64,000 nucleotides of DNA, from assembly GCA_035362715.1 (NCBI GenBank), contig DAOSDU010000005.1, positions 19,338 through 83,337 on the forward strand, written 5' to 3'. The stretch is from Methanofastidiosum sp. Lineage in GTDB: Archaea; Methanobacteriota_B; Thermococci; Methanofastidiosales; Methanofastidiosaceae. The position numbers were made by a program, and so were the translations under genes. Of this stretch, positions 1 through 7,283 are shown piece by piece (positions within the stretch are counted from its first letter, which is position 1; each line of letters opens with the position of its first letter). The notes beneath the pieces are model-generated. The model was not told the DNA's origin. It saw nothing but the letters and a program-made list of their open reading frames with translations, and searched no databases.

Positions 1-331
1 TTTTTGGTAAATCATATTCCAAGGGATTGGTATTTTCTAACACATGCTTTTTAACTGAAGGATGTCTAATATCTGTTCCAATATCAATCTCTGCTCCAAG
101 CATAGTTGCTTCGGATACTAAATCATTGTGTGAATATAACACATCAACCCCCCAGACCTTGTACCTGCCCTCTTGAAACTGTGCCATGACTTTTGAATCA
201 ATCTGACATGCTGGCCAAGTAACGTTTGTTGAAGCCATTAATTCTTTACAATAATTTGAGAATGTCATCACGGGAATTCTATCAACTCTACCTCCAGTTA
301 TGGCAGAAATAAATCTTCTATATGGTGTCAT
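1..331 (-). CDS. Uroporphyrinogen-decarboxylase-family protein (MtaA/MtbA/CmuA-like methyltransferase), N-terminal 110 codons; the rest lies beyond the window start
   Basis: Hand translation of the minus strand from ATG at 331-329 gives MTPYRRFISAITGGRVDRIPVMTFSNYCKELMASTNVTWPACQIDSKVMAQFQEGRYKVWGVDVLYSHNDLVSEATMLGAEIDIGTDIRHPSVKK. The frame stays open to position 1. It is absent from the ORF track because there is no stop in the window. The N-terminal G-x-VDRIPV and SEATMLGAE regions resemble the URO-D/MtaA family. Confidence 0.6.
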   Translation of the reverse strand, partial: MTPYRRFISAITGGRVDRIPVMTFSNYCKELMASTNVTWPACQIDSKVMAQFQEGRYKVWGVDVLYSHNDLVSEATMLGAEIDIGTDIRHPSVKKHVLENTNPLEYDLPK

Positions 332-436
332 TTCTCTTAATGCCAAACAAGTCACCTTTTCAAACTTGATAGATATATTCATTCTAGTATATAAGAATTT
401 AGAAAAATAACAGCAAAGGGAAAGAATTAAATAACT

Positions 437-658
437 ATGTGTTTATCCCCTTCATCTCAAGCAGGTGACTCATTGATCAATGTTTATTTTAAACAAATCA
501 CAACAAAGGAGAAGATACAAGCTGATGCTAAAGAGCTTCTTAGAACGGTAGTTGAAAGAGAAGGAATTTTACTTGAAAAGAAGGTACCAATCAAAGTCCA
601 CTTTGGTGAAGAAAAAAATATTACATATATCGGCCCCAGTTATTATGATGGAATATAG
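437..658 (+). CDS. DUF362-family protein, N-terminal fragment, separated from 664-1497 by a frameshift
   Basis: The IKVHFGEEKNITYIGPSYY segment matches the conserved KxHFGE..N...I.P start of DUF362 proteins. The ORF ends at TAG 656-658, exactly where the family continues in another frame. A likelier start is TTG 473, preceded by AGGTGA at 463-468. Confidence 0.55.
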   Translation: MCLSPSSQAGDSLINVYFKQITTKEKIQADAKELLRTVVEREGILLEKKVPIKVHFGEEKNITYIGPSYYDGI

Positions 659-663
659 ACTAT

Positions 664-1497
664 TTGAAAGAGAATGAGATTGAATCGTGCTTTATCGAAA
701 CAAATGTGCTTTACAGAGGGGAAAGAAACACTAGAAGAAAACATATTTTACTTGCTTATAGACATGGATTTACTAAAATTCCCGTAATTATTGCCGATGG
801 CGAAATAGGTGAAGAATATACCAATGTAGAGATAAATAAGAAAAACATATCAAGTTGTAAGATTGCCCAAAAAATAGCTGAACAGAAACAAATGATAGTA
901 GTATCCCATTTTAAAGGGCATATAGGGGCAGGCTTCGGAGGGGCTATAAAACAGTTAGGCATGGGTTGTGCAGCTAGGGGCGGGAAACTCGAGCAACACA
1001 CAAATACAATTCCAATAATAAATCCTATTGAATGTAATAAATGCAACAGATGTAAAAAGCAGTGCCCTGTCGATGCACTTAAAATTGGGTTATTACCTAG
1101 GATTGATAAGAAAAAGTGCATAGGGTGCGCTTCTTGTATATCAATATGCCCACAAGGAGCAATAAAAATAAACTGGCTAGGATCAATATCCAAAAATTTC
1201 TATGAAAGAATGGCAGAATATGCATATGCAGCCCATAATGGAAAAAAGAATATTTACTTAACATTTGCATTTAATATCACTAGAAATTGCGATTGTGAAG
1301 GCCATAAAATGAAGCCATTCTTAAAGGATTTGGGCATATTTGCCTCAACAGATCCTGTAGCTATTGATATGGCATGCCTTGATAAATTATCTGAAAGGGA
1401 AAAACGAAAAATATTCAATAGAGGAAGATACATCTTAGATTATGCCCAAGAAATAGGCTTAGGTGAAAAGGAGTATAATTTAATCGAGATACTTTGA
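664..1497 (+). CDS. DUF362-family protein with 2x[4Fe-4S] ferredoxin insert, C-terminal part; the TTG start is probably an artefact of the frameshift
   Basis: FIETNVLYRGERNTRRKHILLAYRHGF is the typical DUF362 core. Two CxxCxxCxxxCP motifs are present (CNKCNRCKKQCP and CIGCASCISICP). The C-terminal STDPVAIDMACLD is also typical of the family. Confidence 0.8.
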   Translation: MKENEIESCFIETNVLYRGERNTRRKHILLAYRHGFTKIPVIIADGEIGEEYTNVEINKKNISSCKIAQKIAEQKQMIVVSHFKGHIGAGFGGAIKQLGMGCAARGGKLEQHTNTIPIINPIECNKCNRCKKQCPVDALKIGLLPRIDKKKCIGCASCISICPQGAIKINWLGSISKNFYERMAEYAYAAHNGKKNIYLTFAFNITRNCDCEGHKMKPFLKDLGIFASTDPVAIDMACLDKLSEREKRKIFNRGRYILDYAQEIGLGEKEYNLIEIL

Positions 1498-1528
1498 GAA
1501 TTATAGCATTATCATAATTAAAAGCTTT

Positions 1529-1729
1529 TTAATTTTTTATTTGCCATTTTGAAGCTGGAATCCCACCTTTTCCCCAGTTTGCCTTGGGTATTTCAGTTAT
1601 TAATATCTCTACTGCATCAAGAGGCGCGCCAATTATTTCACTTACACATTTTGATACTTCTTTTATCAGTCTTTCATTTTTCTTTTCATCTGTATTTTCT
1701 TTCCACAAATATATTTCAATGAGAGGAAT
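1529..1729 (-). CDS. 4-oxalocrotonate tautomerase-family small protein; not in the ORF track and has no canonical start codon
   Basis: Hand translation of the minus strand gives (I)PLIEIYLWKENTDEKKNERLIKEVSKCVSEIIGAPLDAVEILITEIPKANWGKGGIPASKWQIKN*. This fits the family pattern: Pro1, beta-alpha-beta, and E.P..NWG.GG. The only codons before Pro are ATT ATT, and an in-frame TAA lies 14 codons upstream of the Pro codon with no ATG, GTG or TTG between. Confidence 0.5.
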   Translation of the reverse strand: MPLIEIYLWKENTDEKKNERLIKEVSKCVSEIIGAPLDAVEILITEIPKANWGKGGIPASKWQIKN

Positions 1730-1784
1730 AATACCACCAATATCAAAAGGGAAGTATTTCTTAAATAGTTAATGTATTGAGGTG

Positions 1785-2180
1785 TTACTTCAAAACTTTT
1801 TCTTTCCGGTACGCCATTCCATGAAATGTGGCTATTAGTTCACTGTGCTCGTTTAATACACGGATATCATACGTTGCAATTTTCGGATTTATCGAAACTT
1901 CTTCCGCCTCTGCAAATAAAGTCCCCTCCGATACTGCTTTCAAAAATGAAATATTCACGTTTAAAGCTACAGAAATATTTCCATGAGTATTTGCTGCGAT
2001 GGCAAAAGCATAGTCTGCTAGAGAAAATATTGCCCCGCCGTGGACAGTATTGACTGCATTAAGATGGATATCTTTGATTTCCATTTTTGCCTTTGCATGA
2101 CCTTTTGATGCTTCAACTAATTCTATGCCTATCTGTTTTGCGAATCTATCATTTTCCGAGAATTCTTTAATAACGTCCAT
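1785..2180 (-). CDS. PaaI-family hotdog-fold thioesterase
   Basis: 131 aa. The NTVHGGAIFSLADYAFAIA motif and overall layout are typical of PaaI/YigI thioesterases. Confidence 0.85.
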   Translation of the reverse strand: MDVIKEFSENDRFAKQIGIELVEASKGHAKAKMEIKDIHLNAVNTVHGGAIFSLADYAFAIAANTHGNISVALNVNISFLKAVSEGTLFAEAEEVSINPKIATYDIRVLNEHSELIATFHGMAYRKEKVLK

Positions 2181-2294
2181 TGAATCACTGGATTAAATAT
2201 ATTGTTAGGTTTTTATTATTATGTGCATAAATAGTTAATATATTGAATAGTTTAATATATACGATATTTGCTAAAAGAAAGAATGGGATTAAAT

Positions 2295-2504
2295 ATGAAA
2301 AAGATATCTGCTTTATGCATCTTACTTCTTATTATTATTTCATTTTCTGCTTGTGTTAATCAAAAGGATACAAATACACAATGCGGAGAATGCCCTGAAT
2401 TTGCCCCGCCGCATCCAGACTGGTGTAAAGAGGGAACAATTATTCCAGGCGCAAAAGATGAATGTGGTTGTCAGATGCCTGCTAAATGCGAAGATAAATC
2501 TTAA
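2295..2504 (+). CDS. Small secreted or lipoprotein-like Cys-rich protein
   Basis: From ATG 2295 the product is MKKISALCILLLIIISFSAC. That is a signal peptide ending in a lipobox-like Cys, followed by 7 more Cys in 45 residues (CGEC...WC...ECGC...KC). Confidence 0.6.
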   Translation: MKKISALCILLLIIISFSACVNQKDTNTQCGECPEFAPPHPDWCKEGTIIPGAKDECGCQMPAKCEDKS

Positions 2505-2624
2505 TTCAGCATCTATTAATTGGTACCTTATTATTTATCTAGCTAAATCTTCTTTTCTAAAAAGCGTAGATTTATATTTTAGAGATACATAATATTATAG
2601 ATTAAAAATATTAGAGATTGTAGA

Positions 2625-4547
2625 ATGGCAGAAAAAGATAAGATTTTGATTGTAGAGGATGAAGAAGACTTAGCTTTGTTGCTTGAAGAGCTATTAGTAG
2701 AATTAGGATTCTTGGTAGTTGGAAAATGCTCGACTGAAAAATCAACTCTAGAACTAGTAAAGACGAAAAAACCTGATCTGGTCTTGATGGATATAATGCT
2801 TAGCGGTGAAGAAAGTGGAATTTTAATTGCAGAAAAGATAATCAAATACTACAACACTCCCGTAATTTATACAACAGCCTATGGGAATAAGACAATTGTA
2901 GAAAAAGCAAAGAGATCAGGCGTATACGGATATTTAATTAAACCTTACAAAAAAGAAGGTTTGTATAGCGCTATTGAAGTTGCACTTTATAAACACAGAA
3001 TGGAAATTAAATTACTAAAAAGTGAAGAAAACTATCATGATATCTTTAATGGTACACATGATTTGATTTGTAGTCTAAAGATAGATGGGGGGATAGACCT
3101 TGTTAATCCTTCATGGCTGGAAACTTTGGGTTATACAGAATCAGAGCTCGCCGCTCTCAAAATTTGGGATATAATACCCCAATATAAAAAGAAATACTTC
3201 CGGGATATTTTATCAAAAGCATACAATGGAGAAACACTGACTAATATTCAACTTATTTTTATGAAAAAGGATAGTAATGAAATAATTGTAGAAGGTACGG
3301 TATTCCCAAGATACGAAGGAGAAGAGATTACGATAATAGAAGGTATTTTCCACGATATGACTAAACATGAGAAAATGAAAAATATTCTTGAACGCCAAAA
3401 TTATATCCTTAATCAAAGAGTTAGAGAATTAAAATGCCTCTTTAGTATTTCAAACATAGTTGGAGAGACTGAAGGATCTAAAGAAATAGTTTTACAAAAA
3501 ATTGTAGAAACATTGCCCTATGCATGGCAGTACCCAGAAATAGCATGCGCAAGGATAATATTATATGGGAAAGAATACAAAACAAATAATTTTAAAGATA
3601 CAAAGTGGAAAAGAAGTAGAGATCTTTTAATAAAAAAAGAGCCAGTTGGCAAATTAGAAATATGTTATCTTGAGGAAAAGCCAAATATTAATGATGGACC
3701 TTTTATGGATGAAGAAATTCATCTGATAGATGAAATAGCTGAAAGGCTTGAAAACATTATTGAAGAAAAGGAGATGCAAGAAGAACTAATAAAGTACACC
3801 ACTAAATTGGAAGAGGAAGTCAAAAGACAAACCCAAGAATTAATACAATCTGAAAAAATGATATCTTTGGGATTGTTAGTAGCTGGTATTGCTCATGAGA
3901 TAAATAATCCATTATCATACATAAAAGCAACAACAGAAATTGTAAAAGAAGATATAATTGAGCTAAAAAACAATAGCATAAGAAAGGGAATTAAAACTAA
4001 TAAATTCGAAGAACTTGAAAAATCAATTGATACTGTTTCAGATGGAATAAAAAGGATAGCCACAATAACAACTACTCTGAAAAGATTTGCCAAACCCACA
4101 GAAGAAAAGAATTTTGAAGATATCAACCAGGGCATGAAAGACACTCTTGTAATTCTTCATAATCGGATAAAAAATAGAATCAACGTTATTACAGAATACG
4201 GGGATATCCCAAAGGTAGACTGTAATATGGGCCAAATAAACCAGGTCTTTTTAAATGTCCTGCTCAATGCTTCCGAATCGATGGATGTCGGAGAGATAAG
4301 AATCAAGACATGGAATGATTCTAACTTGGTTTATATACAAGTGGCAGACCAGGGAATAGGCATCCCAAAGGAAAAACTGAACAGGATCTTTGACCCTTTT
4401 TTTACAACTAAAGAGTATGGCACTGGACTTGGCCTAAGCGTTAGTTATCAAATAATTAAAGATCATAAAGGTAATATTAAAATCGAAAGTGAAGAAGGAA
4501 AAGGAACTAAAGTAACTATATCTCTCCCTATTCGGACAACGGATTAA
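2625..4547 (+). CDS. Hybrid sensor: REC + PAS + conserved unnamed module + HisKA/HATPase histidine kinase
   Basis: The REC domain is at the N-terminus (ILIVEDEEDLA...LVLMDIML...LIKPY). A PAS region follows. The H-box is AGIAHEINNPLSYI, the N-box is NVLLNASES, the G1 box is DQGIGIP and the G2 box is GTGLGLSVS. Confidence 0.9.
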   Translation: MAEKDKILIVEDEEDLALLLEELLVELGFLVVGKCSTEKSTLELVKTKKPDLVLMDIMLSGEESGILIAEKIIKYYNTPVIYTTAYGNKTIVEKAKRSGVYGYLIKPYKKEGLYSAIEVALYKHRMEIKLLKSEENYHDIFNGTHDLICSLKIDGGIDLVNPSWLETLGYTESELAALKIWDIIPQYKKKYFRDILSKAYNGETLTNIQLIFMKKDSNEIIVEGTVFPRYEGEEITIIEGIFHDMTKHEKMKNILERQNYILNQRVRELKCLFSISNIVGETEGSKEIVLQKIVETLPYAWQYPEIACARIILYGKEYKTNNFKDTKWKRSRDLLIKKEPVGKLEICYLEEKPNINDGPFMDEEIHLIDEIAERLENIIEEKEMQEELIKYTTKLEEEVKRQTQELIQSEKMISLGLLVAGIAHEINNPLSYIKATTEIVKEDIIELKNNSIRKGIKTNKFEELEKSIDTVSDGIKRIATITTTLKRFAKPTEEKNFEDINQGMKDTLVILHNRIKNRINVITEYGDIPKVDCNMGQINQVFLNVLLNASESMDVGEIRIKTWNDSNLVYIQVADQGIGIPKEKLNRIFDPFFTTKEYGTGLGLSVSYQIIKDHKGNIKIESEEGKGTKVTISLPIRTTD

Positions 4548-4585
4548 TTTAAGCCTAATAATTATCAAGGCAAAGATATTTATAT

Positions 4586-6010
4586 TTGAAAACCTATCTA
4601 TTTGAGGGGAGGTATTTCTTGTCAGAAAAAATATATAAAATTTTGATTATTGACGATGAAATAATGGTTCTTGATGCGCTAAAAAAGACTTTAGAAAGAT
4701 CAAAACAATTTAAGAGCGATATCTTTTTAGTAGATAGCCCTTCGAAAGCCATGGATATCGCGAAAAATCAGAACTTTGATATAGTTATATCCGACTATAA
4801 GATGCCAAAAATGAGCGGGGTAGAGATTCTAACTAAAATTAAAGAAATGAATCCAGATACTGTAAGGATACTTATAACTGGTTACTCTGACCTTGAGATA
4901 GCAAGAGAAGCGATCAATAAGGCAGCTGTCCACAATTACATTGAAAAACCTTGGGACAATGAAAATATAAGAAACATTGTTTATTCTGCTATTAAGGAAG
5001 TTGAAGCTAAAAAGGAGCCAGATCTTAGTTTAGAGAGATTATTAAGTTCAGACAATGCAGGGACTTTAGTTAATGCTTTAATATCTTTGGAAGAAGTTAA
5101 AGAATATTCCCACACTGTCCTTAGAAAAGATGAGGATAGACTCCCACAAATCGAAGAACTGACAAAAAAGCTTGACATATTATCAAAATATGATTACTTA
5201 AGAAAAGAAGAAAAATCACCAGTTGTCTTTAAATGTCCAATATGTTCCTCATACGACTACAGGGTTATTATTAAGTGCCCAGTATGCGCATCAGATTATT
5301 TAGAAAAGGGAGATGTTATCGAACATTATTCATGTGGACATGTCGATATGTATTCCTTATTTGAGAAAGGAATAAATCTTACTTGCCCCAAGTGCGATGA
5401 AAATCTTAGACAAATAGGAGAAGATTACCGAAAGGTAGGAAACTGGATACATTGCAGGAAATGCGGAGAATTTTTTGGCGATGGGAATCTCAATCTAGTT
5501 TGTAACTCATGCGGAAGTGCTTCTTCAGTTAATCAAACTGAGTGGGAATTTGAAAAAAGAATAATTCCAAATAAAGAACGTTTGGGACAGATTAGCACAA
5601 AATTAGAAGTTATTAATGGCATAAAGAAAATGGCTGAAGAAAAAGGATTGTTCTTTGCCCAGAATATGGAAATTAAAGATAATGGCAAAGAGCACAAATA
5701 TGATGTTCTTGTTTTCCAAAAAGACCCAATCATGACAAAAGAAGATAATCCACCAATATTTTTTGCAGATATTGGAATTGACAAAGCAGGAATATTCAAA
5801 GAAAAACTTAAAGAATACTATGAGAGAAATAAAGATCTTTCCAATAAGAATCTCTATTTTATAGCCCATCCATTTTTATCGAATGATTCAAAAACTCTAA
5901 GTGAAAAATATAAAATTCAGGCCATTGAAACAAAAAAATTAAATGAGACATTGAATCAAATATTTGGAAAAATCTCTGCTAATTCAAAAATTAATAAGAA
6001 AATAATGTAG
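4586..6010 (+). CDS. Response regulator: REC + multi-Zn-ribbon (TackOD1-like) output domain
   Basis: The REC domain reads KILIIDDE...ISDYKMPKMSG...ITGYSD...IEKPW. The middle region carries CPIC, CPVC, SCGH, CPKC, CRKC and CNSC. An alternative start is TTG 4619, six nt after GGAGG at 4608-4612. Confidence 0.75.
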   Translation: MKTYLFEGRYFLSEKIYKILIIDDEIMVLDALKKTLERSKQFKSDIFLVDSPSKAMDIAKNQNFDIVISDYKMPKMSGVEILTKIKEMNPDTVRILITGYSDLEIAREAINKAAVHNYIEKPWDNENIRNIVYSAIKEVEAKKEPDLSLERLLSSDNAGTLVNALISLEEVKEYSHTVLRKDEDRLPQIEELTKKLDILSKYDYLRKEEKSPVVFKCPICSSYDYRVIIKCPVCASDYLEKGDVIEHYSCGHVDMYSLFEKGINLTCPKCDENLRQIGEDYRKVGNWIHCRKCGEFFGDGNLNLVCNSCGSASSVNQTEWEFEKRIIPNKERLGQISTKLEVINGIKKMAEEKGLFFAQNMEIKDNGKEHKYDVLVFQKDPIMTKEDNPPIFFADIGIDKAGIFKEKLKEYYERNKDLSNKNLYFIAHPFLSNDSKTLSEKYKIQAIETKKLNETLNQIFGKISANSKINKKIM

Positions 6011-6026
6011 ATTGAGGTCTCTCTAA

Positions 6027-7283
6027 ATGATTCAAGAAATTCTAGAATGGTACTTTGGACTTTTCGGATTTTCTTTAATCACCGGTGTATTGCTCTGTCT
6101 TTTTGCCATATTTGTTGACCTTATATGGAGCGTCATTAAAATAGGCCTCTTGATAATCTCAAGATTAAGATCATTAGGCAAAAAAAAAGAATGCAAAACT
6201 TATCCTTCAATATCCATAATTATTCCTGCCCATAATGAGGAAGATTGCATCGAAGGGTCCATATTATCATACCTAGAGTCACGTTATCCTGATGAAAAAA
6301 AGGAGATCATCATAGTTGACGATGCATCAACTGATAAGACCTATCAAAGAGCATTGCCATATGCTAAAAAAGGACTTATTAAACTTTATAGAAAAACTGG
6401 CAAAAGTGGATTCAAATCCAGCCCTTTAAACTATGGAATAGCAATGGCAAAAAACGACGTTATTATTAGCTTGGATGCTGACACAAGATTGGACGTAACT
6501 TCTCTTTATGAGATAACTAGGCCATTTGGAGACGAGAGAGTAATGGCGGTTGCAGGAAACGTGAAAGTAAAGAACATGAAAAGCCTACTTGAAAGATTTC
6601 AAGCCTATGAATATACTTTTTCAATGCAATTAGGAAAAAGAATACAAGCTTTGTTAGGCACTATACTAATTGTCCCTGGATGTTTTGGGGCATTTAAGAA
6701 AGAATATATTAAGACAGTTGGGAGCTATGATAGAAGCTCAATCACAGAGGATTTTGATCTTTCTCTTAAAGTAAAAAAAAGACAAAGAATAGAATATGCC
6801 CCAAACGCCCTTGCTTGGACAATTGCCCCGGATTCATGGGGGTCTTGGATTAGGCAACGAATAAGGTGGTCAAGGGGAGAGATTGATACATTTATGAGGC
6901 ATAAGAATATATTTTTTAATCCTTATTTTGGCCTAGCCGGAGTTGTTGCAGCGCCAGGTATGTTTTTCTCTGACGTTTTCCTTCTTATTGTTAGACTTAT
7001 ATATTTTATAGCATTATTCTTAGTAGTTTTTATTTGGAAGGGTTTTGATCAATTCTTCAACGTATTGGAAGTATACCTAAGGGTCTTGATTATGAATCTT
7101 GGCATATACCTTTTTATTGAATTGATTTCAGTTGTTGCTATTTTATCTCAGCCTACAATTAAAAGGGATTTGCCCAATATTTTATTGGCGCCTTTAATTG
7201 TTGCAATATATCGCAGCATACATGGACTTGTCAGACTTAAAGGATACTATGATTATTTTAGAAAAAAATCTATGGAGTGGTAA
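6027..7283 (+). CDS. Processive family-2 glycosyltransferase (PgaC/IcaA/NodC/cellulose-synthase-like), membrane-embedded
   Basis: Motifs seen: IIIPAHNEE, IIVDDASTDKT, SLDADTRL, TEDFDLSLK and the QRIRWSRG (QxxRW) signature. TM helices lie at both ends. Confidence 0.85.
   Translation: MIQEILEWYFGLFGFSLITGVLLCLFAIFVDLIWSVIKIGLLIISRLRSLGKKKECKTYPSISIIIPAHNEEDCIEGSILSYLESRYPDEKKEIIIVDDASTDKTYQRALPYAKKGLIKLYRKTGKSGFKSSPLNYGIAMAKNDVIISLDADTRLDVTSLYEITRPFGDERVMAVAGNVKVKNMKSLLERFQAYEYTFSMQLGKRIQALLGTILIVPGCFGAFKKEYIKTVGSYDRSSITEDFDLSLKVKKRQRIEYAPNALAWTIAPDSWGSWIRQRIRWSRGEIDTFMRHKNIFFNPYFGLAGVVAAPGMFFSDVFLLIVRLIYFIALFLVVFIWKGFDQFFNVLEVYLRVLIMNLGIYLFIELISVVAILSQPTIKRDLPNILLAPLIVAIYRSIHGLVRLKGYYDYFRKKSMEW

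Noticed and set aside
656-658. The TAG ending ORF 437-658, next to an MtaA-like methyltransferase gene, as a possible pyrrolysine read-through codon.
   Set aside because: Read-through in the same frame hits TGA three codons later. The family sequence continues in a different frame, so a frameshift explains the break and recoding does not.
756-1193. Many antisense or overlapping ORFs in the track that lie inside strongly supported genes. Examples: 756-1193, 2579-2845, 3213-3416, 3893-4235, 4981-5869, 10248-10898, 11591-12162, 21681-21965, 23266-23550, 25893-26165, 29323-29664, 39448-39852, 40071-41261, 42504-42851, 43469-45598, 46161-46997, 49597-49911, 51226-51618, 58885-59160, 60077-60325, 61772-61984 and 62289-62624.
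   Set aside because: Their translations are Ser/Phe/Leu/Ile-rich low-complexity sequence, as expected from reading AT-rich coding DNA antisense. Each overlaps an ORF with recognisable family motifs.
1584-1772. Plus-strand 62-aa ORF from the supplied track.
   Set aside because: The product is low-complexity (Ser/Phe/Ile-rich). The ORF is exactly antisense to a sequence with a clear tautomerase-family signature, so I treat it as a shadow ORF.
2560-2624. TATA-box/BRE-like promoter elements upstream of this and other genes.
   Set aside because: TTTATATA-like strings occur almost everywhere in intergenic DNA this AT-rich. I cannot distinguish functional promoters by eye, so none are reported as features.
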